From NCBI GenBank assembly GCA_035686075.1, contig DASRZU010000025.1, forward strand, positions 10,759 through 74,758: a DNA stretch of 64,000 nucleotides, written 5' to 3'. The DNA is from Anaeromyxobacter sp. (lineage in GTDB: Bacteria; Myxococcota; Myxococcia; Myxococcales; Anaeromyxobacteraceae). A program made the translations under genes and the position numbers. The notes beneath the pieces are model-generated. The model was not told where the DNA came from. It ran no database searches and was given only the letters and a program-made list of their open reading frames with translations. Positions 39,194 through 51,718 of the stretch are shown one piece after another; the first letter of the stretch is position 1; each line of letters opens with the position of its first letter.

Positions 39194-40108
39194 ATGGGCG
39201 ACCTGGGCCAGACACGCGTGTTCGGGCAGGAGGGAAGCGAGACGGTGGTCATCGGTCTCCGCCGCCGCGTCCTCACCGACCTGTACCACCGGCTCGTCAC
39301 CGGCGGCTGGCTCCAACTCCTCCTCGTGTTCGCACTCGTCTACTTCTCGACCCGCGCCCTCCTCGAGGTGGCTCACTGGGCGCTCGCCGGGGCGGTCCCG
39401 GCCGCCCCGGGCTCGCTCATGGCGGCCGCGGTGGCGCTCTACCGGGGGGGGCGATCGGAGGATGCGGCCGCGGCGTTGGACCCGCGGGCTCTCGCCGCGG
39501 GGGCCCTGGGCGCGGTGGACGGGTTCGTGCGCTGGACCGAGCTCGTGATCGGCGCCGGCATCGTCATGGCCAAGTTCTCCATGCAGAAGGCCCGGGTGCT
39601 CTTCAGCCAGGTAGCGGTGGTCGCCCCCCACGACGGCGGCGGGCAGGCCCTCCTCTTCCGCGTGGCCAACAAGCGCAGCGGCCACGTGGTTGACGCCAGG
39701 GTCTCCCTGCTCCTCGTGCGGAACGAGCGCGAGCCGAATGGGGAGCTCTTCCGGCGGGCCCACGACCTGCCCCTGCTCCGCGGCGGGACGGCCCTGTTCG
39801 AGCACGCCTGGACCGCGGTCCACGAGATCGACCGGTCGAGCCCGCTCTTCGGCGAGTCGGCAGAGTCGCTCTCGATCGAGAATGCGGAGCTCCTCGTGAC
39901 CTTCAGTGGCTACGACGAGCGGCTGCTCCAGCTCATCCACGCGCGCCACGTCTACCCGGCCAATTGCCTTCGCTTCGGGTGCCGGTTCGCGCCCATCGCG
40001 ACCGTGCTCCCAGACGGGCGCAGGGCTCTCGATTACCGCCGCTTCCACTCCGTCGTCCCGATCGAAGAGGCCGGGGCGGATCGGTCCCGCCGCCAGCGCA
40101 CCGCTTGA
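39194..40108 (+). CDS. Inward-rectifier (KirBac)-like channel lacking the K+ selectivity filter
   Basis: DLYH slide helix, AKFS..ARVLFS, LLFRVANKR, WTAVHEID.SSPL, DYRRFH; no TxGYG. Confidence 0.85.
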   Translation: MGDLGQTRVFGQEGSETVVIGLRRRVLTDLYHRLVTGGWLQLLLVFALVYFSTRALLEVAHWALAGAVPAAPGSLMAAAVALYRGGRSEDAAAALDPRALAAGALGAVDGFVRWTELVIGAGIVMAKFSMQKARVLFSQVAVVAPHDGGGQALLFRVANKRSGHVVDARVSLLLVRNEREPNGELFRRAHDLPLLRGGTALFEHAWTAVHEIDRSSPLFGESAESLSIENAELLVTFSGYDERLLQLIHARHVYPANCLRFGCRFAPIATVLPDGRRALDYRRFHSVVPIEEAGADRSRRQRTA

Positions 40109-40460
40109 ACGAGCTTCGGTCAGGTCGCTCGTGCGGGGCGGGTATGAAGCGGTCCTTTGGTGAAACGAGCGAGCTCCCCAGGCTACTGCATCGGTCCGCC
40201 TTCCTTCGCCCGGTGGCGGCGAACCGGTCGTCCCTCCTCGAAAAGGCGCTTCGAGAGTGCGACCGCGGAGGTCGCAGGGTTTCTTCCCGTGCCCGGCCCA
40301 GGCTGTCCTTGGCCACTGCACCCGCGCGTATCCTCGGAGCGAGGAAACCGCCGCCTCGAAGATCCGGGGCCGGCCGCGAGGCAGAGGGCCCACCGCCCCG
40401 CGATCGAGGTTCTCCCCGTTGCCCTGGGACAGGGCAAGCCCCGCCAACGCTCGGGAATCC

Positions 40461-40490
40461 TTGACAGGTCGGGCTCTGGGATCGTATATG
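40461..40490 (+). promoter_or_regulatory. Sigma70-type promoter of rplU-rpmA
   Basis: TTGACA, 18 bp, TATATG. Confidence 0.55.
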
Positions 40491-40571
40491 ACCGCCCTTC
40501 CGCGGGCCCGGCCGACGGGGTTTCACCTCGCTCCGGGCCTCGGGACTTCCAAGGACTCCGAGGAGAAGGCG

Positions 40572-40877
40572 ATGTACGCGGTGATCCGTACCGGCGGGAA
40601 GCAGTATCGCGTCGCCCAAGGCGACCGGCTCAAGATCGAGAAGCTCACGGGCGAGCCGGGAGGCAAGGTGAGCTTCGAGGTGCTCTTCGTCGGGGGCGAC
40701 GGCGCCGCGAAGGTGGGAAAACCCGTGGTCGACGGTGCGGCGGTGGAGGGCGAGATCGTCGGAGAGGGGAAGCACCGGAAGGTGATTCACTTCCGCAAGA
40801 AGAAGGAAGGCTGGAAGAAGAAGCGCGGGCACCGGCAGCCCTACACCGAGGTCCTCATCACAGCGGTCCGGGCCTGA
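40572..40877 (+). CDS. rplU: 50S ribosomal protein L21
   Basis: [14 protein letters not shown]...GHRQPYT. Confidence 0.98.
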   Translation: MYAVIRTGGKQYRVAQGDRLKIEKLTGEPGGKVSFEVLFVGGDGAAKVGKPVVDGAAVEGEIVGEGKHRKVIHFRKKKEGWKKKRGHRQPYTEVLITAVRA

Positions 40878-40914
40878 CGGCCTTGCCCTCGACGGGCGGA
40901 AGGCAGGGGACAAC

Positions 40915-41169
40915 ATGGCTCACAAGAAGGGACAGGGCTCGTCGCGGAACGGGCGCGACTCTCCCGGCCAGCACCGCGGGATCAAGGTCTACGGCTCGGA
41001 GAGGGTGGTGGCGGGCAACATCCTCGTCCGCCAGGTCGGCACGCTCGTCCACCCCGGCAAGAACGTCGGGATGGGCAAGGACTTCACGCTCTTTGCCCTG
41101 GTGAACGGGACCGTGAAGTACGCTCGGACGCGCGGCGACCGGCGTGTGGTCTCGGTCGTCGAAGGGTAG
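40915..41169 (+). CDS. rpmA: 50S ribosomal protein L27
   Basis: [23 protein letters not shown]. Confidence 0.98.
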   Translation: MAHKKGQGSSRNGRDSPGQHRGIKVYGSERVVAGNILVRQVGTLVHPGKNVGMGKDFTLFALVNGTVKYARTRGDRRVVSVVEG

Positions 41170-41195
41170 CCGCGCCGCTCGCGCGCCAGGGAGGG

Positions 41196-41234
41196 ACGCC
41201 GCGGCCCCCACGGGGTACGCGGCGTTTCGCGTTT
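41196..41234 (+). terminator. Probable intrinsic terminator after rpmA
   Basis: ACGCCGCG/CGCGGCGT stem with inner CCCC/GGGG, followed by TTCGCGTTT. Confidence 0.5.
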
Positions 41235-41316
41235 CCGGGGGCTTGAGATCCGCTCCGGGTCGGGGCGGTGGATCGCCCGCGCCGTCGCGTGGAGGGGCGC
41301 TAGCGCCCAGAGGACG

Positions 41317-42384
41317 ATGAAATTCGTCGACGAGGTTCGGATCCGCGTGAAGGCCGGCGACGGCGGCGATGGGGCAGTGGCCTGGCGGCGGGAGAAGTTC
41401 ATCCCGCGCGGCGGGCCGGCTGGAGGAGACGGCGGCAAGGGCGGCGACGTGGTCCTCTCGGTTGATCCCCAGCTCGCGACCCTGCTCGATTACCGATACG
41501 TCCGGGAGCACCGGGCCCAGAACGGCGAGAAGGGCCTCGGCTCCGATCGGAACGGCAAGGACGGGAAAGACCTCTTGCTGCGCGTCCCTCCGGGGACGGT
41601 GGTGAAGGACGCCCGGACCGACGAGGTGCTCGCCGACCTTTCGGGGGCGCTAGATCGCTTCGTGGCCGCCCAGGGTGGGCGGGGCGGCCTCGGCAACATG
41701 AACTTCGCCACCTCGACAAACCAGGCGCCACGCTATGCGGAGAACGGCACGGAGGGCGAGGAGCGCGAGCTGGTCCTCGAGCTGAAGCTCCTCGCCGACG
41801 TGGGGATCGTCGGCTACCCGAACGCCGGGAAGTCCACCCTCATCAGCCGTATCTCCCGAGCCCGGCCCAAGATCGCCGATTACCCCTTCACGACGCTCAC
41901 GCCCAACCTGGGAGTGGTCCTCTGGCGCGGAGAGAAGAGCTTCGTGGTGGCAGACATCCCCGGGCTCATCGAGGGGGCGCACGCCGGGGCCGGCCTGGGC
42001 CAGAAGTTCCTCCGTCACGTGGAGCGATGCCGCGTCCTCATCCACCTCGTCGAGGGGGCGAGCCCCGAACCGGGCCGCGATCCGCGCAAGGATCTGGTCG
42101 CCATCGGTCGAGAGCTCGAGCTCTACTCGCCCGAGCTCTCGAAGAAGCCCAGGATCCTGGCCGTGAGCAAGGTGGACCTTCCCGAGGCGAGGGCTGGCGG
42201 CAAGAAGCTCGAGAGGCTCCTCGCCCGCCGGAAAACGCCCGAGAAAGTCCACCTCGTGTCCGCGGTGACCGGCGAGGGGATCGATGCGCTCGTGGACGCC
42301 GTGGGCCGGGCCGTCTTCCGCGAAGCGGCTTCCGGCCGCGAGGGGCGCGGGCGGCGGCTCGGGAAGCCGAGGGCGGAGCGATGA
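41317..42384 (+). CDS. obgE: GTPase ObgE
   Basis: [38 protein letters not shown]; G4 motif reads SKVD. Confidence 0.97.
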   Translation: MKFVDEVRIRVKAGDGGDGAVAWRREKFIPRGGPAGGDGGKGGDVVLSVDPQLATLLDYRYVREHRAQNGEKGLGSDRNGKDGKDLLLRVPPGTVVKDARTDEVLADLSGALDRFVAAQGGRGGLGNMNFATSTNQAPRYAENGTEGEERELVLELKLLADVGIVGYPNAGKSTLISRISRARPKIADYPFTTLTPNLGVVLWRGEKSFVVADIPGLIEGAHAGAGLGQKFLRHVERCRVLIHLVEGASPEPGRDPRKDLVAIGRELELYSPELSKKPRILAVSKVDLPEARAGGKKLERLLARRKTPEKVHLVSAVTGEGIDALVDAVGRAVFREAASGREGRGRRLGKPRAER

Positions 42385-43088
42385 GCCGGGGGGGGCGCGA
42401 GAGTCTGCGGCTCGGCGATCCGGGGTTTTTGGTCCAAAAGCGGAAGGCCCGGATCGACCAGGTGGTGGCGAACCGGACCCGGACCCTGACCGTGGTCATG
42501 GAGGCGTTCTGCGATCCCCAGAACGTGAACGCCGTCCTGCGCACCTGCGAGGCGTTCGGGATCCAGGACCTACACGTGATCGAGGGCTTGATGAAGCCCT
42601 ATGGCCGCAACAAGAAGGTCAGCCAGAACGCCGACAAGTGGCTGGACGTCCGTCGCTGGGGAGCGACACGCCCCTGCCTGGAGCACCTGCGGGCGGAGGG
42701 CTTCGCCCTCTACGCCACCCATCTGGGGCCGGGATCTCGCGCGCTCGCCGATCTCTCGTTCGCGGGGAAGGTGGCGCTCGTGTTCGGGAACGAGCACCGG
42801 GGCGTGTCCGCGGAGGCCCTGGCCCTCGCCGACGAACGGTACGCCATCCCCATGCGCGGCTTCGTGCAGTCGCTCAACGTCTCCGTTGCCGCGGCGGTCT
42901 CCATCGCTCGGGCGGTCGAGCGACGCCTGGCCGAGCGCGGCGTGCACGGCGACCTGGCCGAGGCCGAGGCCGCTGCGCTTCGGGAGCGTTTCTACCTCTT
43001 GGCCGTGAAGCAGCGGTCCCGCATCGGCAAGGCCGAGGCGGCCCGTGCTCGGCGCGAGGGGCGGACGCGGGGAGGCGGGGGCGGCTGA
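42381..43088 (+). CDS. TrmH/SpoU-family RNA methyltransferase
   Basis: PQNVNAVLRTCEAFG, FGNEHRG, IPMRGFVQSLNVSVA. Confidence 0.92.
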   Translation: MSRGGRESLRLGDPGFLVQKRKARIDQVVANRTRTLTVVMEAFCDPQNVNAVLRTCEAFGIQDLHVIEGLMKPYGRNKKVSQNADKWLDVRRWGATRPCLEHLRAEGFALYATHLGPGSRALADLSFAGKVALVFGNEHRGVSAEALALADERYAIPMRGFVQSLNVSVAAAVSIARAVERRLAERGVHGDLAEAEAAALRERFYLLAVKQRSRIGKAEAARARREGRTRGGGGG

Positions 43089-43128
43089 CCGTGAGGCTTG
43101 TCGGGCGCGGCTTGGGGGCCGGGGAGGC

Positions 43129-44103
43129 TCACCGACGGCTTTCCGGGCGGGGTGCGCAAGCCTCCCAGAACGCACGAAGGTCGGGCGAAAGTGGTGCCTC
43201 GAGGAAGAGGCGCGCCCGGGTGAGCGGGTGCGGAAGGTCGAGCCGCCAGGCGTGCAGGGCGTGCCGCGGCAGGCGAAGCACGCCCCGGTCGGCGTCGGTC
43301 AACTGACCCTTCGTGAACCGGTCGAAGAGGGTCTCGTCCGGCCCGTAGATCTTGTCGCCCACGATCTGCAGCCCGGCACAGTGGAGGTGGGCACGGATCT
43401 GGTGCTGCCGGCCTGTGCGCGGGTAGCAGGCGATCAGCACCACCGGCGCGCCATCCGGGGCCTCCCGGCGCTCCATCACCTGGAATTCCGTGACCGAGGC
43501 CAGGCCCGCGGGGTGGGCGTGCATGCGGACCCGCACTGCGGAGGCACCCGTGAGGGCGAGCGGAACCTCGACGGTGAACCGATCGAGTGGGGGTAACCCG
43601 AGGGCGATGGCGAGGTAGGTCTTCGAGACGCGCCCCTTCGCGAAGTCCCGTTTCAGGATCCGCGTCACCTCCGGCCGCAGCCCGCAGGCGAGCAGACCCG
43701 AGGTCTCGCGATCGATCCGGTGGCCGGGGTCGACCTTCCTGTCGGGGAATCGGGCACGCGCCAGCGCCGTGAACGTGTGAGCGGTATAGCGGGCGGTGGC
43801 GTGGACCGGCAGGCCGGCGGGCTTGTCGACCACGAGCAGAGAGCCGTCGTCGAAGACCACGCCGAACTCCAAGGGCGTCTCCGGCTCGGGTTCGGCCTCC
43901 TTGAAGAGCACGAACCTTTGGCCGGGGCGGATGCGCGTGGCTGGCTTGAGCCTCCGGCCGTCCTCGCTCTCCAGCCGCTGCTCGATCACCCTCTGTACCC
44001 GCTCGCGGGAGAGGCGCCGGATCTTCTCCTTGAGATAGCGGTCCAGCCGCCAGCCCGCGTAGTTGGCCTCGACGATGAACGGGACCCGGACGAGGGGTGC
44101 CAC
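43129..44103 (-). CDS. RluA-family pseudouridine synthase
   Basis: RLDRYL (S4-like), DKPAGL, HRIDRETSG, TGRQHQIR, GDKIY, LHA; GTG 6 nt after TATCCT. Confidence 0.93.
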   Translation of the reverse strand: MAPLVRVPFIVEANYAGWRLDRYLKEKIRRLSRERVQRVIEQRLESEDGRRLKPATRIRPGQRFVLFKEAEPEPETPLEFGVVFDDGSLLVVDKPAGLPVHATARYTAHTFTALARARFPDRKVDPGHRIDRETSGLLACGLRPEVTRILKRDFAKGRVSKTYLAIALGLPPLDRFTVEVPLALTGASAVRVRMHAHPAGLASVTEFQVMERREAPDGAPVVLIACYPRTGRQHQIRAHLHCAGLQIVGDKIYGPDETLFDRFTKGQLTDADRGVLRLPRHALHAWRLDLPHPLTRARLFLEAPLSPDLRAFWEACAPRPESRR

Positions 44104-44570
44104 GCACCGAGGATAGCAAGAGCCCGACGACTGCGCTCTGGACGCAAGGGCGCCAAAGGCGGCGAGGAAGAAGCGCAAGACTCGAGTCGACCCTGCCCTC
44201 CTTCGCCCTCCTACCCTGGCCCAAAGTCGCGTACCGCTCCGCCGGGCAAGGGCCGGGCACGAGGTGGACCCCGAGCCAAGACGAACCCCCCGCCCTCGGG
44301 TCTGCCCCGCCCGGGAATGGCCCCGCGAGGGCACGCCGCTCATCGGTCGTCGACAGGCCGCGGCCCCCGAGCACCCTGGGCAGGGCAGGGGTTCCTCGAT
44401 TTGGCTTGCCGGAAGCGGCCACAAGGGTGAGCGGTCCTCCTCTCGAACGAAGGCCGAGGCCACTCCTCGCGGGCCGGCGGGCTGGTGCGCGCAGCTGCGC
44501 GCTTCCCGGGGTCGCTCCGCAGGCGCCGGGAGCTGAATACCGAACCGGATCGATCCGTTACGGGACTCCG

Positions 44571-44600
44571 TTGACGAGCGGGAACCGCTCGTCGTAGGTT
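44571..44600 (+). promoter_or_regulatory. Putative kdsB-pyrG promoter with an internal 9-bp inverted repeat
   Basis: TTGACG, 18 bp, TAGGTT; GACGAGCGG-GAA-CCGCTCGTC at 44573-44593. Confidence 0.5.
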
Positions 44601-44611
44601 GGCGCCCCGGT

Positions 44612-47022
<2,411 letters not shown>

Positions 47023-47083
47023 AGCCCCCCACCTCCCGGGCCGGGTGCCGCGGCCGCCGGGCCGTGCTAGCGTGCGCCGTGCC

Positions 47084-48043
47084 ATGGTCGCGCCGCTCCA
47101 CAAGCGGGTGAAGAGGGCGCTGCGCTCGGCCCTGATCCGGATTTGGATCCGCGTTCTGGGGGTGCTCCCCCTCGGTCCGGCGCTGTGGCTCGGGGGCGCG
47201 GCCGGCCGGGCCGCCTTCCGACTCGCGAAGAGGACCCGTATGCTCGCCCTCGAGCACCTCGCCCTCGCCTTCCCGGAGAAGACACCCGCCGAACGGGAGC
47301 GGATCGCAAGGGACATGTTCGTCCACCTGGGCCGCTCCACCCTTGAGCTCGCCTCCATCCGCTGGTTCGACCATCGGCTGGAGGACTACGTGGAGATCTC
47401 CCCTCCCACCCTCCTCCGCGACGTCATGGCGCGGGGGCGAGGCATGGTGTTCGTCACCGGCCACGTCGGGAGCTGGGAGCTCTTGGCCCGGAGGATCGCC
47501 CGGGCGGGCGTGCCTAACGCCGTGATCGCCAAGGCGAGCTGGGACAAGAGGCTCGACGAACTCGCGGAACGGTTCCGGGCCCAAGGTGGGGTGACGACGC
47601 TCTGGCGGGAGGATCCGGACACGGGGCGGGCCATCATCCGGACCTTCCGGTCAGGCAAGGCCTTGGGTCTCCTCATCGATCAGGACACGAACGTCCAAGG
47701 TGTGTTCGTGCCGTTCTTCGGGCGGCTGGCGTTTACCCCGAGGGCGGCCGCAGACTTCGCCGTACGGTTCGGAGCTCCGGTGGTGGTGGGGACCGTCCAC
47801 CGAAAGGGCCCGCGGGCGGGCGACGGCCACCGGCTCGAGGTGAGAGAGATCCAGTTCTCCTCGGACCCTCCGGACAGGGAGTCGGAGGTCGTTAGGCTGA
47901 CGGCCGCCTGCACGGCCGCCCTGGAAGAGGCCATCCGCCGACACCCCGCCGAATGGGTCTGGATGCACGAGAGGTGGCACACGCGACCACCAGAGGAACG
48001 GCCGGTAGCCTTCGCTAGCAAGGCCGGTGCCGAAAACCGCTGA
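47084..48043 (+). CDS. Lipid A late acyltransferase family (LpxL/HtrB-like)
   Basis: GHVGSWE, LIDQD, VPFFG, PAEWVWMHERW. Confidence 0.9.
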   Translation: MVAPLHKRVKRALRSALIRIWIRVLGVLPLGPALWLGGAAGRAAFRLAKRTRMLALEHLALAFPEKTPAERERIARDMFVHLGRSTLELASIRWFDHRLEDYVEISPPTLLRDVMARGRGMVFVTGHVGSWELLARRIARAGVPNAVIAKASWDKRLDELAERFRAQGGVTTLWREDPDTGRAIIRTFRSGKALGLLIDQDTNVQGVFVPFFGRLAFTPRAAADFAVRFGAPVVVGTVHRKGPRAGDGHRLEVREIQFSSDPPDRESEVVRLTAACTAALEEAIRRHPAEWVWMHERWHTRPPEERPVAFASKAGAENR

Positions 48044-48114
48044 GCTTTCCGGTGGCTACCGCTGAAAACTCCTAGCAAGGTCTATGCCTATCGAATCCAA
48101 TGGGAAAGAATGCT

Positions 48115-48654
48115 ATGTTTAAGCGGCGTTGGACGATAGCGCTGGCTGCGGGAGCGGCGGTCATGCGGCTCTTCCCGGCCTGCGACTCAAGCCAGAAAAC
48201 GGAGTCCACGGCGGTGGCACCGGAGCTGAAGCTCGAAAGGGTACGCTTTCTCGTCTGGCGGGGGGAGGGCCTGCGAGCGAGGGGGGACGCTAGGGAGGTC
48301 ACGATCCGCCGCGACACGAGCCATGCCGGGGCCGTCGACCTCAGGGCCGAGCTCATGGGACAGGGGGAGCCGGTCGTCATCAGTGCCCCGTCGGCAAAGG
48401 GAGATCTCGCGACCCAGGTCTTCTCCGCCCAGGGCGGCGTCGTCGTGGTCCACGGCCCAGAGCGAGCCGAGACGGAGCGGGCGCGCTACGAGCCCGGTGA
48501 AGCGGGCCAGGGCCTCATCAGCGGCGACGACCCTGTGGTGGTGGAGCGGGGAAGCCTCACGCTCCACGGCGTGGGGTTCAACTTCGACCCCGAGCGCGGC
48601 GAGCTAGAGCTCAAAGGTCCGGTTACCACGCAGTCCGCCGAGGGGCGCCGTTGA
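48115..48654 (+). CDS. lptC: LPS export protein LptC-like
   Basis: Position before lptA and lptB, N-terminal hydrophobic segment ending FPAC, beta-rich with GVGF motif. Start uncertain (48100, 48115 or 48163). Confidence 0.7.
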   Translation: MFKRRWTIALAAGAAVMRLFPACDSSQKTESTAVAPELKLERVRFLVWRGEGLRARGDAREVTIRRDTSHAGAVDLRAELMGQGEPVVISAPSAKGDLATQVFSAQGGVVVVHGPERAETERARYEPGEAGQGLISGDDPVVVERGSLTLHGVGFNFDPERGELELKGPVTTQSAEGRR

Positions 48655-49160
48655 TCGGACAGCTCGCGATTCTGGCGGTGCTGGCCGCGCCCAGCCTGAC
48701 GCAGCTCCCCGCCGCCGGCGGCGGGACGGTCACGGTCTCGGCCGATCGGGTCAAGTACAACTTTCCCCGGCATCAGGTGGACTACACCGGCAACCCCGTC
48801 CGGCTTACCCGGGGCGACGCGGTCCTTACCTGCAGGCGGCTAAGGGCTCAGCTCGATGACGCCGAGAAGGTGAAGGAGGCCACCTGCGAGGGCGAGGTGC
48901 GGTTCGAGCGGGGTGACAAGGTCGTCACCTGCGAGAAAGCCACCTACGAGGAAGCCGTCTCGCGCCTCACCTGCGAGGGGAAGCCAGTGCTGAAGAGCGG
49001 CTCGCTCACCGCCGTGGGGAGCTTGCTCGTATACGACCTCGAGCGGGACGAGGTCACGATGGATGACGTCCGGGGGGATGTCCCCGCCGATCAGGCCGAT
49101 GCCCGCCTCGAAGGCATGCAGTCGCACCGGAAGGGAAAGCGGGGGGAGGGGGAGAAGTGA
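48651..49160 (+). CDS. lptA: LPS export periplasmic protein LptA/OstA-like
   Basis: Signal peptide, VSAD, YTGN, beta-jellyroll pattern; lies between lptC and lptB. Confidence 0.8.
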   Translation: MIGQLAILAVLAAPSLTQLPAAGGGTVTVSADRVKYNFPRHQVDYTGNPVRLTRGDAVLTCRRLRAQLDDAEKVKEATCEGEVRFERGDKVVTCEKATYEEAVSRLTCEGKPVLKSGSLTAVGSLLVYDLERDEVTMDDVRGDVPADQADARLEGMQSHRKGKRGEGEK

Positions 49161-49960
49161 CCGAGGCGCGCGTCACAGGCATCGGGAGCGCCGCGGTGCG
49201 CACCTCGCCCGAGCCGCGCCTGCGGGCCGAGGCCCTGGTGAAGGCCTACGGCGGGCGCCGGGTGGTGGACGGGGTTTCGTTCGAGGTCGGACCGGGCGAG
49301 GTGGTCGGTTTGCTCGGCCCCAACGGCGCGGGCAAGACGACCTGCTTCAACATGACCGTGGGGCTGGTGGTTCCGGACGCGGGGCGCGTCTGGCTGGGAG
49401 AGCACGACCTCACCCGGCTCCCCATGCACCGCCGGGCCCGGCTGGGGCTGGGGTATCTACCGCAGGAGGCCTCCATCTTCCGCAAGCTCACCGTGCGCCA
49501 GAACTTCACCGGGATCCTGGAGGCCCTGGGCGTCCCCCGGCGGGAGCGAAATCGCCGCGCCGACGACCTCATTGGCGAGTACCGGCTGGAGAAGGTGGCC
49601 GGCTCGCTGGGGGAGCAGCTCTCCGGCGGCGAGCGGCGCCGCGCGGAGGTGGCACGGAGCCTCCTCTCCGACCCCCGCCACATCCTCTTCGACGAGCCCT
49701 TCGCCGGCGTCGACCCCATCGCGGTGGGGGAGCTGCAGCGACTCATCGCCGGCCTGCGGGACCGGGGCATCGGCGTGCTCGTGACCGACCACAACGTCCG
49801 CGAGGCCCTAGGCATCTGCGGACGGGCCTACATCCTGGTCGCAGGAACCATCCTGGAGGCGGGGACACCCGCCGAGATCGCCCAGAGCGCCCGCGCGCGG
49901 GAAGTGTACCTGGGCGACCGGTTCCGGCTGGACGAGCACCCGGCCATGGAGCAGCGATGA
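49157..49960 (+). CDS. lptB: LPS export ABC ATPase
   Basis: GPNGAGKTT, YLPQEASIFRKL, LSGGERRR, DEPFAGVDP, TDHNVRE. Confidence 0.96.
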   Translation: MTEARVTGIGSAAVRTSPEPRLRAEALVKAYGGRRVVDGVSFEVGPGEVVGLLGPNGAGKTTCFNMTVGLVVPDAGRVWLGEHDLTRLPMHRRARLGLGYLPQEASIFRKLTVRQNFTGILEALGVPRRERNRRADDLIGEYRLEKVAGSLGEQLSGGERRRAEVARSLLSDPRHILFDEPFAGVDPIAVGELQRLIAGLRDRGIGVLVTDHNVREALGICGRAYILVAGTILEAGTPAEIAQSARAREVYLGDRFRLDEHPAMEQR

Positions 49961-51462
49961 GCCTCGAGCTGAAGCAGCAACTCAAGATGACCCAGCAGCT
50001 GGTGATGACCCCCCAGCTCCAGCAGGCCATCAAGCTCCTGCAGCTCTCGCGCATGGAGCTCGTCGACCTGGTCCGCACCGAGATGAACGAGAACCCACTC
50101 CTCGACGGGGCGGACGAGAACGAGGAGGAGCCCGTCCCCGAAGGCGCGAGCCCGGCGGAGGCCGCGGAGATCGAGGCCAAGCCCGAGCACAAGGAGGCCG
50201 AGCGGGCCGAGGAAGTGAAGGGGGAGGAGGGGGCCAACGAGATCGACTGGGACCAGTACCTCGACCACTACCAGCTCCAGGGTCACACCGCTCCCTCGAA
50301 CCGCGGCCTGGCCGATGAGGACCTGCCCAGCTACGAGGCCACTCTCACCCGCAGGGAGGACCTGCACGACCACCTCGAGTGGCAGATCCGCCTGTCCAGC
50401 CTGGGCGAGGACGAGAGGCGGGTGGCGATGCTCATCATCGGCAACCTCGACGAGGACGGCTACTTCAAGATGCCGGCGGTCGAGGGCGAGGCGGAAGAGA
50501 CCGCCACGAGCGACCCCTTGGTCCGGGTGGCGTTCGAGGCCGGGGTGGGGGTCGAGTTCGCCGAGGCGGTGCTGAACAAGGTCCAGCAGCTCGATCCCAT
50601 CGGCGTCGCGGCGCGCGACCTGCGCGAGTGCCTGCTCTTGCAGGTCCGGTCCCTCAACGCCGACACCCCCGAGATCGTGGCCATCATCGAGCGCCACCTG
50701 AAGCACCTCGAATCGAAGAACTACATCGCCATATCCCGGGACCTGAAGCTGCCCGTCGAGGAGGTGGTCAAGGCGGTAAAGGTGATCAGTCACCTCGAGC
50801 CCAAACCCGGGCGCGCCTATTCAACCGAGGAGCCCCAGTACATCACCCCCGACGTCTACGTGTACAAGATGGGCGACCGGTACGTGACCGTTCTCAATGA
50901 CGACGGCCTCTCCAAGCTCCGCATCAGCGGCCTCTACCGGGCGGCGCTCAAGAACGGGGAGGCGGGCAAGGCCAAGGAGTACATCCAGGAACGGCTCCGG
51001 AGCGCGGTCTGGCTCATCCGGTCGATCCACCAGCGGCAAAGGACGATCTACAAGGTCACCGAATCGATCGTGAAGTTCCAGCGGGAGTTCCTCGACCGGG
51101 GTATCGCCCACCTGAAGCCGCTCATCCTCCGGGACGTGGCCGAGGACATCGGCATGCACGAGTCGACCGTGTCCCGGGTCACCACCAACAAGTACGTCCA
51201 CACCCCGCAAGGCATCTACGAACTCAAGTTCTTCTTCAACTCGGCCATCAACAAGACCGGCGGGGACGAGATCGCCAGCGAGGCGGTGAAGAACCACATC
51301 CGGCAGATCATCGCGTCCGAGGACCCTCGCAGGCCCCACTCCGACCAGCGAATCGTGGAGATCCTGAAGGGCCAGGGGATCGAGATCGCGCGCCGAACCG
51401 TTGCCAAGTACCGCGAGGTACTCGGGCTGCTGCCCAGTTCCAAGCGGAAGAAGTACTTCTAG
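49957..51462 (+). CDS. rpoN: RNA polymerase sigma-54 factor
   Basis: MTPQLQQAIKLLQL, HESTVSR, RpoN box ARRTVAKYRE. Confidence 0.98.
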   Translation: MSLELKQQLKMTQQLVMTPQLQQAIKLLQLSRMELVDLVRTEMNENPLLDGADENEEEPVPEGASPAEAAEIEAKPEHKEAERAEEVKGEEGANEIDWDQYLDHYQLQGHTAPSNRGLADEDLPSYEATLTRREDLHDHLEWQIRLSSLGEDERRVAMLIIGNLDEDGYFKMPAVEGEAEETATSDPLVRVAFEAGVGVEFAEAVLNKVQQLDPIGVAARDLRECLLLQVRSLNADTPEIVAIIERHLKHLESKNYIAISRDLKLPVEEVVKAVKVISHLEPKPGRAYSTEEPQYITPDVYVYKMGDRYVTVLNDDGLSKLRISGLYRAALKNGEAGKAKEYIQERLRSAVWLIRSIHQRQRTIYKVTESIVKFQREFLDRGIAHLKPLILRDVAEDIGMHESTVSRVTTNKYVHTPQGIYELKFFFNSAINKTGGDEIASEAVKNHIRQIIASEDPRRPHSDQRIVEILKGQGIEIARRTVAKYREVLGLLPSSKRKKYF

Positions 51463-51622
51463 CCCTGTCCCACAGGATGTCCCCGCCGGCCAGGGAACCG
51501 GCCGGGCGGCAGCCCGCAAGGCGTCCCCCGAACCCCCGACGGTGGCCGAGGCGCCGCCGCTGCACCCCTTCGAGAGCCCCTCCCTAGCCGCGTCCCCGGC
51601 ATCGCTCGGGGAGCGGCTGGGT

Positions 51623-51718
51623 TATGATGAACACGGGAATGTTGCCATCCGGCAACATCGGCATCGGCCGCGGAGCCGGCGGGAAGGAGATCCGCCGGGC
51701 CGCGGCCGATGCATTCTC
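51623..51718 (+). promoter_or_regulatory. Putative -10 box and structured 5' leader of hpf
   Basis: TATGAT at 51623-51628; hairpins at 51639-51658 (8 bp) and 51661-51712 (13 + 7 bp). Confidence 0.5.

Noticed and set aside
44097-44597. Small ORFs in the rluA-kdsB gap, and likewise in 30420-30960, 18224-18510 and 40109-40570
   Set aside because: Pro/Arg/Gly-rich translations typical of non-coding frames, without SD sites or motifs.
48004-48080. CTAGCAAGG direct repeat and GGTAGCC/GGCTACC inverted repeat near the lpxL-lptC junction
   Set aside because: Short, partly inside coding sequence and only two copies; insufficient to call an element.
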